A stretch of 64,000 nucleotides of DNA from Opitutales bacterium (GCA_965197745.1 CBDANS010000007.1:1440001-1504000), one strand, 5' to 3'; shown: positions 10,273 through 20,860, counted from the stretch's first letter. Numbers and translations are program-made. The notes: a model not told the origin generated them from the sequence alone.

Positions 10273-10974
10273 GTGATTATGGACACTCATAACTGTTCAC
10301 TGACTGTCCTTGAGGTAATATTTTGTTTCTGTTTACTATTATTTACTTCTGTTCAAGGTGCTAATTTGGACGAACAAATCGAATTAAGTGATGAAAGCTG
10401 GGAGCAGATTTATAAAAACGACTTTTCAGCAGATAATAGAGACGGAATGTTTGTATTAGGGGGAGACTTTAAGATCGCAGAGAGTGAGTACGGCCCGGTT
10501 CTTGTATTGCCAGGTGAACCATTAGGTGATTTTGGCGTACTTTTTGGTCCGCGACACCAGGATAGTGTGGCTGTCCGCGCGCGTATCTTATCCAATTCAA
10601 TGGGAAGACGGATGCCTGCTTTCAGTATCGGACTTAATGGGCGCTCCGGTTACAGGATACGCGTATCGGCGAGTGCCAAAGCTGTAGAACTTCTCAAAGG
10701 GAACGAGGTCTACGCAACCGCTCCATTCAAGTGGTCACCGGAAAGTTGGACATGGTTGCATCTGCAGGTTGTTAAAGCGTCAAAGAAGCGGTGGATAATT
10801 ACTGGTAAAGTTTGGTTGGATGGGAGTAGTGAACCTCCTGATTGGATTGTTCAAATGGAAGATCTCACCGGTCCACAGAAGGGCAGGGCATCAATTTGGG
10901 GAATGCCGTTCTCGGGAAAGGATATCCTATTTGACGACGTCAGTATTTATCTTAAGCGGGTGGATGAGGAATAA
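10273..10974 (+). CDS. Secreted hypothetical protein, probable beta-sandwich (lectin/ConA-like)
   Basis: N-terminal hydrophobic stretch; beta-rich GKVW..GS.EP..W and FDDV motifs; last gene of the operon. Confidence 0.55.
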   Translation: MIMDTHNCSLTVLEVIFCFCLLLFTSVQGANLDEQIELSDESWEQIYKNDFSADNRDGMFVLGGDFKIAESEYGPVLVLPGEPLGDFGVLFGPRHQDSVAVRARILSNSMGRRMPAFSIGLNGRSGYRIRVSASAKAVELLKGNEVYATAPFKWSPESWTWLHLQVVKASKKRWIITGKVWLDGSSEPPDWIVQMEDLTGPQKGRASIWGMPFSGKDILFDDVSIYLKRVDEE

Positions 10975-10996
10975 TCCATCAGGACGAGTGAAAGTA

Positions 10997-11366
10997 TCAT
11001 GCAAAAAAGCTTCGTCTTCGTCTGCCTCTTCGTCTCGAATTTAATTCTCACTATATTGTAAATTATTAATAGAGATAGACGAAGATATAATGCTTATCTC
11101 ATTACAATTTAGCCACGACGGAGCGTGGTCCTCCAAATATTCATTAATGTCAGGTGGAACGCGGTGTCCCTACCGCGTTTGAAGTAATCATTAATAAAAA
11201 AATAAGTTCCTGAATCTCATGCAATAATCTTCGTCTTCGTCTACGTCTGCCTCTTCGTCTCGTATTTAATTATCATCATATTGTAAATTATTAATGGAGA
11301 TAGACGAAGACGAAGATTTAATGCCTATTTCATTACAACTTAGCCACGACGGAGCGTGGCACTCCA
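10997..11366. repeat. Tandem pair of ~140-150 bp units, each with (TCGTCT)n...(AGACGA)n inverted microrepeats and a terminal REP
   Basis: 10997-11134 and ~11216-11366 align over their length. Confidence 0.8.
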
Positions 11367-11427
11367 ATTGGGTATGACCATCTATCAATCTATAGCTTTT
11401 ACTGGAGGGACGCACTCCGTTGCGTCC
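11343..11427. repeat. REP doublet (GGAG + hairpin) downstream of RAYT
   Basis: gccacgacggagcgtggcactcc (11343-11365) and ggagggacgcactccgttgcgtcc (11404-11427). Confidence 0.8.
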
Positions 11428-11472
11428 GTGAAGATTTGCAGAAGATTAAAACATATTTTCATCCATCTTATT

Positions 11473-11958
11473 TTATGAATCGTGCCAACGGAAAACATAT
11501 AATTCCCCTTGATAGGGCCAATCATTTGGATCTTTGACTAATTCATGCCGCAGGGGATTATTCCGAACATAGTTCCACTTAGTCGTGTAGCTTTCTCCCC
11601 TTCGCAATTGTCGATCCCAATACCCTTTTTGCCATATTGGCTGTTGTTCTAAGCTGGGCCAACGACACGAAACATAGGATTTCCAATATTTAACCCAGGG
11701 AGTTAAGGGTTCCACTATTACTGAAGCTGGAGCACAGAATAAGTGAATATGGTCAGGTAGAATTACAAAGCGTCCAACTTTCCACGAACTGTCGATAGCC
11801 CAGGATTGCTGAATCAGGGAGAAAGTATGTTCATTGGCAAAGATCTTTTTTCTTTCTGACGAACATACAGTAACAAATACAATGTTAGAGCGTTGTGGGA
11901 TTTCCAAGATAGAGAGATGCGCAGGGGATTTCCTGTCTGGATAGTACCCTTTGGTCAT
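11473..11958 (-). mobile_element. REP-associated tyrosine transposase (RAYT, Y1/IS200-like HUH family)
   Basis: FVTVC, FVILPDHIHL (HUH), IWQKGYWDRQLR, YVRNNP..H.L...P.DWPY; REP doublets on both sides. Confidence 0.9.
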
Positions 11959-12009
11959 TAAGATCTATAACGGACAATTAGTCTTTTTGTTAATATCGAA
12001 CTTTTAGCG

Positions 12010-12095
12010 GCCACGACGGAGCGTGGCCCTCCATTGTTCTTTCAGGAGGCAGGTGTTTTGTTGATATTCTGGAGGGCCACTCTCCGTCGTCGCGG
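12010..12095. repeat. REP doublet upstream of RAYT
   Basis: gccacgacggagcgtggccctcc (12010-12032) and ggagggccactctccgtcgtcgcgg (12071-12095). Confidence 0.8.
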
Positions 12096-12242
12096 TGTTA
12101 CATCAAAGAAATACCAAAAGATGAGGAAGAAGTCACCAAGCGGCATCTGTCAGGGGCATTAGCAGTTAGCAATCGGAAATCATATTCCGATGAGCTCCCT
12201 CGGCTTGAATTCAGGGCCGAAGGCGCTCAAATAACAAACGAT

Positions 12243-13520
12243 CTAATTCGCACCGAGATCGAGGCATTTCATTTCTTTTTGACTGCGCAATACCAGCTTT
12301 CCGTTACTAAAGGCCATGGGTCCCCACATCTTCCCATCCTCATCATCGAACACTTTCGTTCTCGCCAGTTCAGTGTAGGCATGGGGGTTGGGATCAATTA
12401 ATGCCAGTTCACCGATCTTTCCGTCCAGTATAAGAAGCAGGTCTCCAGTGATAATTAGATTCCCTCTTTCGAAATTGGGTGAAGATCCGGTTTGCCATTT
12501 TATTTGACCATCGAGGTCTAAACATACCAGACCATCCGGGTTATCCTTACGTAAATTTTCGTTGGTGTTAAAGTTTGCATAGAGATAGTCTTTATATAAT
12601 AGGGTGGGATGAAGCTGGGAACCTTGATCTTCAATGCGGAAAAGTTCAGACACTTCATATTGACCCTTATCCAAGGTGATTTTAATCATTACCGAACCGG
12701 CCCCATAACCGCCGGTGACAAAAATTCTTCCGTCACCGATGGAGGTTATAGCAGGAATAGGAATCCTATTAAAGTAACCGGTGTATTTCCACATCAGATC
12801 TCCCGTTTTCGGACTGACCGCGGAGAGCTGACCTTTGGTAAGCATAAGAACAGACTCCACCCCCGCGATGGTGCGTAATATCGGGGAGACATAGCTATCC
12901 CCAAGTATTGCTTCGGATTTCCAGACAATTTCACCTGTTGTTCGATCAAGTCCTGCTAAACCTGCATTTTCACTCATGGGCGCTACGATCAACAGGTTTT
13001 TATAGAGCAATGGTGATTGACTGAAACCCCAATTGGGCGGCTCAGCATCAAAGGTATTTATTAGATTTGTAGTCCAAACTTCCTTCCGGGTATTCCGGTC
13101 TACACAGTAGACATTTCCAAATGGGCTCACCGCGTAAATTCTCTTTCTGCCGATGGTGGGCGTGGATCGCGATCCATTATAGCCGAGCCTGCCGGGGACA
13201 TCAAAAGATATATTCCATAATTCTTTTCCCGTCTCTAAATCCAGGCAGCGCAGCACATCGTTTTCGTCATTCACCCGGTCCAGTAAATAAACTTTACCAT
13301 TACGAATACTCGCTCCACCAAAGCCTTCCCCCACATTTAAGGTCCACATTACTTTTGGTCCACCGCTGGGCCATGATCGCGAAAGGCGACCTTTCTTCGT
13401 GATTCCATCTCGATTGGGACCCAGAAACTGAGACCAATCGGGCGCTGCCGTGAGACCCGCGCATGCGAAGAGCAAAATACTGATTGCACCCGCTTTAGAA
13501 AAGATAAAATATCGATTCAT
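12243..13520 (-). CDS. PQQ-like (BamB-type) beta-propeller secreted protein
   Basis: Signal peptide from MNRYF; DWSQFLGPNRDG and repeated D..TG...W motifs; start placed at 13520 rather than 13790. Confidence 0.88.
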   Translation of the reverse strand: MNRYFIFSKAGAISILLFACAGLTAAPDWSQFLGPNRDGITKKGRLSRSWPSGGPKVMWTLNVGEGFGGASIRNGKVYLLDRVNDENDVLRCLDLETGKELWNISFDVPGRLGYNGSRSTPTIGRKRIYAVSPFGNVYCVDRNTRKEVWTTNLINTFDAEPPNWGFSQSPLLYKNLLIVAPMSENAGLAGLDRTTGEIVWKSEAILGDSYVSPILRTIAGVESVLMLTKGQLSAVSPKTGDLMWKYTGYFNRIPIPAITSIGDGRIFVTGGYGAGSVMIKITLDKGQYEVSELFRIEDQGSQLHPTLLYKDYLYANFNTNENLRKDNPDGLVCLDLDGQIKWQTGSSPNFERGNLIITGDLLLILDGKIGELALIDPNPHAYTELARTKVFDDEDGKMWGPMAFSNGKLVLRSQKEMKCLDLGAN

Positions 13521-13632
13521 ATTTCTTCTTTTTTCTAACAAATTATTTAATTTAGCTTTGTCGAGGTAGACTGAACGTAGAATTTTACCTGGCTGAGCAA
13601 GGAAGTATTTTCCATCCCCAATAATACAATCA

Positions 13633-15717
13633 TTGAGATCAAGGTATTTACATGATTTGTTTTTTACGACCATTAAACGGAAATTTGTCTGTTTGGTGGT
13701 TATCCCTTTGACCTGGCTGTTCATTTCCCAGGCTGTGGCAGAGGAAGAAACTGCGGGTTCAGCCGTAACGGAACTCCCTGAATTAATCACAGAAGCGATA
13801 CCGCTATTTCATAAAGGTATAGCTTCCAGTTTATCTTTACTTGATACTCAGGACCTGGATCTTTCGGGGTTGAGTTCAATTTCTCAATTACAGACACAAT
13901 CACCCAATTTAAATATCAGCAGCAACTCGCTTCGCTCTTTTGGCGATATTTATACGATCCGTGGATTGGGCAACACTGCGTTCTTTAGTGATCCCGGGGT
14001 TGTTCTTTACATAGACGATGTTCCTTTTGGGAATGCATACAGTTATGTCCCCGATTTGATTGATGTCGAAGAAATAGAAATTCACCGGGGACCTCAGGGA
14101 ACTTTATTTGGACGGAACAGTGAAGCCGGCGTTATTGCTGTAAGGACACGGCAGCCCGATAATAATTTTAAGACAAGCGCCTCTGTGGCCTATGGTAATT
14201 ACGACAACCAGGATTATCGATTATCTTTCACCGGACCACTGATAAAGGATCACCTGTATTTTAGTTTAAGCGGGGGGCATACGCAACGCGACGGGTTCTT
14301 ATACAACACATTTTTACAAAAGAATACTGATACGCGGGACTCGTGGTTTGGCCGAATAGCGCTTCGCTGGACGCCAAATGAAGACTGGGATATTACATTG
14401 GGGCTGAATGGTGAAAAGTATGACGATGGTGATCAGCGTATCACCTCATTGCTTGGAGATCCCTATCAGGTGAATTCCGATCTTGAGGGTTTGACAAAGA
14501 TTGAGCGTAACAATCAATCGCTTCGTGCGGTCCGCACTTTTGACTGGGGTACGATCACCTCTGTTACGACTCGGAACGATTGGAGCCTTAATCCTAACAT
14601 CCTCGATCTCGATCTTTCTTCTGACCCGTTATTTACGTCCACGATCTTGCAATCACAGGATTTATGGACACAGGAACTGCGCATCGAATCAAAAGAGGAT
14701 GACACGAAATACTTGCGATGGCGTGCCGGATTTTTCTTTCTGGACGGCGATACCAACGGGGACACGACGCGCACATTTTTTGGTGCTCCAGAGAGAACCG
14801 TTTACGAGATTAATGAGAACAATTACGCGATCTTTGGAAGAGCGATATACACGATGCTGAAGCATTTTGAAATTGTCGCTGGCATCCGCTACGACTATAC
14901 GGAGAAGAAAATAAATCGTGTGAAAGCCAGTATCCAGGGGCAAAATCTGGAAGTGATCCGGGGCGCTGATTATTCAAATGTGATACCTACCCTCGGCTTG
15001 AATTATCGCATCAATAAGGACTTGAACGTTTATGGGGTAACCGGATTAGGGTTTAAAACGGGTGGATTTTCTGCCTTTTCCGATGATCCGCAAATAGCCC
15101 AATACGACACCGAGACGGTCTGGAGCAATGAGTGGGGCCTGAAAATGACCGCATTTGATGAACAATTGCAACTGACGCTATCAGCGTTCTACAATGAGAT
15201 GGACGATTATCAGGTAGAGCGCTCATTCACGCTGACTGATTATATTATCGTCAATGCACCGGATTCTCACGCAAGTGGATTTGAGGTGGAACTGGTAAGT
15301 ATTCCCATTGAAAGTTTAACCTTTAATATTGCATTTGGGTACACGAATTTTGAATTCGATGAATACCTGGATCCGTTTACGGGAAATAACTTTAAGGGTA
15401 AACGGGCACCCTTCACACCTGAGTTTACCCTTAATCTCTCCACAAGCTACGAGCATAAGAACGGACTATTTGCTTGGATGGAATATAAAGCATTGGGAGA
15501 TACTTATTACGACGAAGCAAACACACTCCGGTATATGCAATCAGATTATGGAGTGCTGAATGCTAATATTGGCTATCAGCGTGACTGGTTCAGTATCGTC
15601 CTTTACGGCCGTAATCTCACTGAATCAACCTATTACACAAACAAAGTAATAGACATCGATGCCGGAGTGCCCGGTGAACCCCAGACCTATGGCATCATGA
15701 CTTCAGTTCGTTTTTGA
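13633..15717 (+). CDS. TonB-dependent receptor
   Basis: Plug motifs TIRGLG and EIEIHRGPQGTLFGRNSEAGVI; barrel ending GRNLT...GEPQTYG...RF. Confidence 0.93.
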   Translation: MRSRYLHDLFFTTIKRKFVCLVVIPLTWLFISQAVAEEETAGSAVTELPELITEAIPLFHKGIASSLSLLDTQDLDLSGLSSISQLQTQSPNLNISSNSLRSFGDIYTIRGLGNTAFFSDPGVVLYIDDVPFGNAYSYVPDLIDVEEIEIHRGPQGTLFGRNSEAGVIAVRTRQPDNNFKTSASVAYGNYDNQDYRLSFTGPLIKDHLYFSLSGGHTQRDGFLYNTFLQKNTDTRDSWFGRIALRWTPNEDWDITLGLNGEKYDDGDQRITSLLGDPYQVNSDLEGLTKIERNNQSLRAVRTFDWGTITSVTTRNDWSLNPNILDLDLSSDPLFTSTILQSQDLWTQELRIESKEDDTKYLRWRAGFFFLDGDTNGDTTRTFFGAPERTVYEINENNYAIFGRAIYTMLKHFEIVAGIRYDYTEKKINRVKASIQGQNLEVIRGADYSNVIPTLGLNYRINKDLNVYGVTGLGFKTGGFSAFSDDPQIAQYDTETVWSNEWGLKMTAFDEQLQLTLSAFYNEMDDYQVERSFTLTDYIIVNAPDSHASGFEVELVSIPIESLTFNIAFGYTNFEFDEYLDPFTGNNFKGKRAPFTPEFTLNLSTSYEHKNGLFAWMEYKALGDTYYDEANTLRYMQSDYGVLNANIGYQRDWFSIVLYGRNLTESTYYTNKVIDIDAGVPGEPQTYGIMTSVRF

Positions 15718-15835
15718 TCAGTAATTTTTTAAAGTAAGGGAATTAGAATTATTGATTGATCTTCGTCTTCGTCTGCCTCTTCGTCTTCGTCCCAGATAAT
15801 TATCGTAATATTCGATTTATTATACTTGTACTCAA

Positions 15836-15964
15836 GGTGGAGCGGGCTGCCTGTCCGACATAGCCTTGGCGACGGCTGATCCCTAGCACGCTTCTTCATT
15901 AGCGACTTAATCTAACGCGCTAGGGACACGATTCGACTGAGCTCATCGCAGGTTGCGTTCCACC
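15836..15964. repeat. Second REP-like family (GGTGG + hairpin), inverted doublet with nested micro-insertions
   Basis: ggtggagcgggctg...cacgctt and aacgcgctagggacac...gcgttccacc; related copies at 11153-11180, ~20331-20357 and 52684-52780. Confidence 0.75.
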
Positions 15965-16026
15965 ATGATATGATAGTAATTAAATGAAGGGACGCAGACG
16001 AAGAGGAGGACGCTGACGAAGCTTTA

Positions 16027-16701
16027 TTAACCGAGTACTTTTTCAAGCCAGATTGCGATGGCATCTATCTCGTCCTCACAGACGGCATGCATCATCGGGT
16101 AATCTAACCATTCCACGGAATAATGCATTTCAGTCAGCGCGTCTCTGGATTCTTCTGCCAGCGAGATGGGGATCATTTGATCCATTTGACCATGAATCAT
16201 TAATATAGGGATGTCCTGATTAGCAGGGTGGGGAGGCGGTATTGATGAATCTACCGCTTCTCCTATATGAGTAGAGAGAGCCAGAATTCCAGCCAACCTT
16301 TCATCGTATCGTAAGCCAGTATGCAAAGCAATAGTGCCACCCTGGGAGAAACCGGCGAGGACAATCTTTTGTGGGGAGATTCCCGATTGAATCTCGCTTT
16401 TAATAATCCGGTCAATTTTTTCACGGGTCTTTTCAATACCCGGCCAATCCGTTTTTATTGGGTTGGCCATCTCAATCAGATCGAACCATGCCGGCATTAC
16501 CATGCCCCCGTTAACGGTAACGGGTAGGGTGGGAGCGTGGGGTAATATAAATCGTATGGGAATTGACGCGTTTTCTGCCAATTGCCAGGCTACAGGTTCA
16601 AAGTCGTGACCATCTGCGCCCAATCCATGAAGCCAAATAACTGACGTTTCCGGCTTTTTTTTGGGATTAACCTCAACACAAGGTAAAATAGCGTCGTTCA
16701 A
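16027..16701 (-). CDS. Phospholipase/carboxylesterase (alpha/beta hydrolase)
   Basis: IWLHGLGADG, GFSQGG nucleophile, HGQMD, MMHAV. Confidence 0.93.
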   Translation of the reverse strand: MNDAILPCVEVNPKKKPETSVIWLHGLGADGHDFEPVAWQLAENASIPIRFILPHAPTLPVTVNGGMVMPAWFDLIEMANPIKTDWPGIEKTREKIDRIIKSEIQSGISPQKIVLAGFSQGGTIALHTGLRYDERLAGILALSTHIGEAVDSSIPPPHPANQDIPILMIHGQMDQMIPISLAEESRDALTEMHYSVEWLDYPMMHAVCEDEIDAIAIWLEKVLG

Positions 16702-17113
16702 TTCCTTCTGATTAGTGGATGCAATAACACCGGAGATAAATGGTAATTCTCATTCAGAAAAAAATTAACCCGATGAGGCTGAGTCCACAGAGAATAAGAA
16801 CAATGGTTAACACCTTTTTTTCCTGTTGTGTAAGCTGCCAGGGCATGAGTGAAATAATTTATAGTTTACCTGAATCCGCAAGGATTTCTTTACAGGATGC
16901 AGCCGCCGTCGACCCGCGACCGCGGGACTATGTCGTGCCAAGGGATGCAAGATACAGGATGCAAGATGCGTGATGGTTGATACGGGATGCATGATGCGGG
17001 ATGGTTGAACGGTGAGCAGTGAACAGTAGCTATCGTCCCTTTTTATCATTGAGAAGGAAGTGTAGCCGACTTCCAACATTTGATATGCTTGAGTACATCA
17101 TAAGACTTCCCCT

Positions 17114-17277
17114 GGATTGTTTCGTCCCGCAGCCGCAGGACTCGCAATGACAAAGGAATGAACAGGAAGCATGTTTTAAATATCCTCTTATAGATTATAC
17201 ACTTACTGTCATTGCGAGGAGTGGAGCGACGAAGCTACCGAGTCCCGCAATTGCGGGATGACATCTTCCATTCCAGG
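17114..17277. repeat. TGTCATTGCGAG-type palindromic intergenic repeat pair
   Basis: ...ctcgcaatgaca and tgtcattgcgaggag...; further copies near 32107, at 57252-57382 and at 59988-60203. Confidence 0.75.
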
Positions 17278-17374
17278 CAAATGTAAATATGTGTCCGGTA
17301 ATCCTTCGAAATGAGTGTTGGCTTCATGCAGTTAAGGAACTCATTTATACCTATCCCTGCTTTATAAATCTAAT

Positions 17375-18613
17375 CTAAATAAAATTCAACGGCTTATAAT
17401 ATTTACCGAGGATGTCACTCGATTGACAAGCGAACCACTTATTTAAAACGGTAGAATAGACCTGGCGGAAATCTACGCTGTGCGTGAGATCACTCTTCAT
17501 ATCAATGTTCAGAATGGGAGCGCGCCCCATGAGGGACTGTCTTAATGAACTGCCCATTATGAAGAGAGGAGCAGCGGTGCCATGATCAGTGCCGGCCCCA
17601 TTATTTTCAGCGGGGCGTCGGCCGAATTCTGAAAATGTCATGGTGAGAACCTGGTCCTCTAATGAATGAGCTTCCAGATCTTCCTGGAAAGCAGCCATAG
17701 CCTGGGATAATACCGTCAATAACTGAGCGTGGGTATTGAGTTGATTGGTGTGGGTGTCGAACCCTTGATGAGAGATAAAATAGACGCGTGTTTCCATTCC
17801 CGAAGCAATCATAGAGGCAACCTGTTGCAGTGATCTGGAGAGTGGTGATCGGGGGTATTCTACAGCCGGGCGATAGCGGGTGATAATTTTTCTGACTTGT
17901 TTTTCGGTGACCATGGCATCCATCATGGTGTGTTTCAGAAAACCCGCGTTCTCCTCAATGGGAGCATGGGCAATTAATGATTCCAGAAGATTCTGGTTAA
18001 CTGATTGACGACTTTGATTTCTTTGTAAACTCAATCCATATAAGTTGTGCGGCTTTCCGGAGATAAATGATTGGGGGAGTTGATTGCTTATATGAATACC
18101 TGCTGGTTCTTCTTTAGTCGGTATCTTGTTACATTTATTATCGAAGTAGCGGCCTAACCAACCCGTCGCGAGGTATTCATCGCTGTCACTGCCTGTCTCC
18201 CAAATTTCCATGGAGCGGAAGTGACTACGGTTAGGATTTGGGTAGCCGACATTCTGTACGATACAGAGTTTACCCTCGCGATGAAGCTCAGCCAAATCCT
18301 TGCAGGCATTATGAAAACCCAGGGTAGAGGTAATGGGGATTACGGCTCCTCTACGGAGACCGAGGCGGGGGCGCAGTCGGTAGTAATTGTCATCTTGAAA
18401 TGGAATGAGCGTGTTCAAGCCATCGTTACCGCCTGCCAACTGGATGAGCACTAAAATAGAGCGATCTTTTTCAGGGGCAGGCACTTTTGCCAGTGTCGTT
18501 TGTGTCAGGAAAGCGGGCGCGAAGGAACTGAAAGCAACGAGCCCTATGCCGCCCAGTCCCGATCTTAGAAATTCACGCCGCGTGGTCGGATTTTGAAATA
18601 TTTTATTTTTCAT
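17375..18613 (-). CDS. DUF1501 family protein with Tat signal
   Basis: TRREFL Tat motif; QLAGGNDGLNT, PNRSHF, GFDTH, SEFGRR, GTDHG. Confidence 0.9.
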   Translation of the reverse strand: MKNKIFQNPTTRREFLRSGLGGIGLVAFSSFAPAFLTQTTLAKVPAPEKDRSILVLIQLAGGNDGLNTLIPFQDDNYYRLRPRLGLRRGAVIPITSTLGFHNACKDLAELHREGKLCIVQNVGYPNPNRSHFRSMEIWETGSDSDEYLATGWLGRYFDNKCNKIPTKEEPAGIHISNQLPQSFISGKPHNLYGLSLQRNQSRQSVNQNLLESLIAHAPIEENAGFLKHTMMDAMVTEKQVRKIITRYRPAVEYPRSPLSRSLQQVASMIASGMETRVYFISHQGFDTHTNQLNTHAQLLTVLSQAMAAFQEDLEAHSLEDQVLTMTFSEFGRRPAENNGAGTDHGTAAPLFIMGSSLRQSLMGRAPILNIDMKSDLTHSVDFRQVYSTVLNKWFACQSSDILGKYYKPLNFI

Positions 18614-18614
18614 A

Positions 18615-20105
18615 TTAGCATAATTGGTACTGGGGTGATTGGAGGAGAACAGTCACCATGGTTCTGATTTTATCGGTTCTATTGGCTGAATTTTGCTTTA
18701 AGTATTGTATCAGTGTTTTTCGAAAATGATCGCTATCAAAGTCAGGGAAAAAATAATTTATAAAATGATCAGCCATTGCTTCATCCTGCATTCCCGCTAT
18801 TCCATTTATCATCCCGTCAGTAACCGTAATCTCGCCTCGATTTTCCAGACGCGCTGCCATCAGCTCTGCATAATCGTCGGCATTGAGTCGGTCCTCATCC
18901 ATGGGCGAAAACAGTGATTCGATTAACTGGGAGCGCGCGGCCAGGGTAGAGGCGTTGATCCAGTTTTTTCCACCTACCCAGCCGCGAACATTAGGTGGTG
19001 CGTAAAAAGGTTGTCCCATACTGCGAAGAGGCTGAAGAGTGTGTGATTGGAAGGGAGCGACGTCGAGATTGAGATCCTGAAGCAAGCCAAGATAAAAGTG
19101 AATGGGGCTCTTTATTAAATTACCACGAAACTGGGGGTGATAAAAAAGCCGGCTCTTAAAGACGATTTCAATTAGGGAACCAATTTTGAAATTGTGGCGT
19201 CGCCAGATATTACCGAGGGATCTGAGATAGGGGGTCTCTAAGCTGACATCGGTAGAGAGATAAAAGTGAAGAAATTCTTTTGGCAGGAATGTCCTCGCGG
19301 CGGATTGTTCCAGAGCGAGATCAATAACATTGTCACCGTTCCAATGCCCTTTCCGGTTGAATACAACTTTGCTTCCCTCATCATGCTGCCTCGGGTTGAA
19401 AAAAAACTGGTTGTCACGGATTTTATATCCGGTGAACGCACGCGCTGCTTCTTTAATGTCTTTTTCCGAATAATTTCCTTCCCCTAAAATAAAGAGTTCG
19501 AATAATTCACGGGCGAAATTTTCGTTCGGATACCCCTTGCGGTTCTGCTGTAAATCAAGGTAATGAATCATCGCCGGGGATCGGCTCACCGCTTTACATA
19601 GCGTTTCGAAATTGCTCTTTAAGTGCTCACGCAATAGTGACTGGTGAAGGAATAACCAGTAGGGATTACGTGTCTTGGGCAAACCAACGACAAACACATC
19701 CTGTAGAAACATCACCATCTTCTCATAGGGGGCATTATAATCTTCGCGCGCGAAGATTATCCATTTAAGGCCGTAATCACGGTACGCTTCATTGAATTTC
19801 CGGAACATTTCCCGCCTGGCTTTTTTCTGTTCTGCCGGACTGGCCAATCGCATCCTTTGAAGCATATCGAATGCTTCCGTGCCTGTTTCTTTAATCTTTG
19901 ATGGCGTCGGCATGTGACGTGGCTCGCCAAAATAATGCCTGATCGTTTTTGAGAGACCGCGTTCAACGGTCTCCTTTGTTTTATCCGGAGTCGCGGAAAA
20001 ACCGATGCGTCGCAAAAGGTGAGCTGCTGTTTCCGCGTTCCACAATGAATGCGGCAATGGATTCCATGCCTCGTAGGGACTCAGTTCTTTGTATTCTTTA
20101 CGCAT
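18615..20105 (-). CDS. DUF1800 family protein
   Basis: AAHLLRRIGF, PAMIHYLD, NENFARELFELF, PPNVRGW; usual partner of DUF1501. Confidence 0.9.
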   Translation of the reverse strand: MRKEYKELSPYEAWNPLPHSLWNAETAAHLLRRIGFSATPDKTKETVERGLSKTIRHYFGEPRHMPTPSKIKETGTEAFDMLQRMRLASPAEQKKARREMFRKFNEAYRDYGLKWIIFAREDYNAPYEKMVMFLQDVFVVGLPKTRNPYWLFLHQSLLREHLKSNFETLCKAVSRSPAMIHYLDLQQNRKGYPNENFARELFELFILGEGNYSEKDIKEAARAFTGYKIRDNQFFFNPRQHDEGSKVVFNRKGHWNGDNVIDLALEQSAARTFLPKEFLHFYLSTDVSLETPYLRSLGNIWRRHNFKIGSLIEIVFKSRLFYHPQFRGNLIKSPIHFYLGLLQDLNLDVAPFQSHTLQPLRSMGQPFYAPPNVRGWVGGKNWINASTLAARSQLIESLFSPMDEDRLNADDYAELMAARLENRGEITVTDGMINGIAGMQDEAMADHFINYFFPDFDSDHFRKTLIQYLKQNSANRTDKIRTMVTVLLQSPQYQLC

Positions 20106-20568
20106 TAGAGGTGTCCCTTCTTAAACAGCAGGCACCCAGCAAAGTTTCAATACTGGTAAAATTCATTCTCAATATATCGAATATTCTAAATATTTAAATC
20201 ATCACTTACAGGGACTGACCTGAATCATCTTTAAACGTGGGAGAATTTCAAAATTGATCAGGAAAACAACAATCAACTAACAATTGTAAATCATTAATTC
20301 ATTATTTTTATATTTAATGCTCCAATCCAAGGTGGAACGGGCTGTCTCAGCACGTTTGATTATGGGATATGATTTTAAGTCCCATGGGTTTATTTCATAT
20401 TCAGGGGCATGCTCCGTAGCACCTGTTTTAATATGAGAATAATTTATTTATCTTATATTATATGTTGGTTACGGACGCAACGGAGTGCGTCCCTCCAACC
20501 TTCGGCCCCTTGAATTATTTTCCTGTTGACCGTTGGCTGATGCCATTATTCTACTCTATTCATTAAAA

Positions 20569-20658
<90 letters not shown>

Positions 20659-20733
20659 TTTTGTAAGCTATTGTTTACCTGTATCTTATGGATTATAAGG
20701 TTCAGGATATAGTCAAAGTTACAATAGATTCGC

Positions 20734-20860
20734 CGATATCCAAGGATAACGCTGACTGAAATTAATTACTTTACCCCTGATAATTTAGGGGGGCGGGGGG
20801 AAGTAAAAATACATCTCCCTCTTCAATCGATAATCCATTAACCCATATACAGCGGAGGTG
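20734..20860 (+). repeat. ~125 bp island-associated repeat, copy 1
   Basis: cgatatccaaggataacgctgactgaaattaattactt...gcggagg recurs at 51184-51307; 3' part at 48692-48754 and 22513-22540. Confidence 0.85.

Noticed and set aside
10997..12095. CRISPR array
   Set aside because: Repeats are inverted, irregularly spaced REPs with duplicated rather than unique spacers; no cas genes
13521..13790. N-terminal extension of the PQQ-propeller ORF
   Set aside because: Overlaps the divergent TonB receptor gene; a normal signal peptide starts at 13520
16740..17079. Small ORFs 16740-16973 and 16807-17079
   Set aside because: Largely translations of heptamer microrepeats; no recognisable domain
20526..20557. 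Sigma70 promoter for tRNA-Ser
   Set aside because: TTGACC is present but no convincing -10 at 16-18 bp spacing
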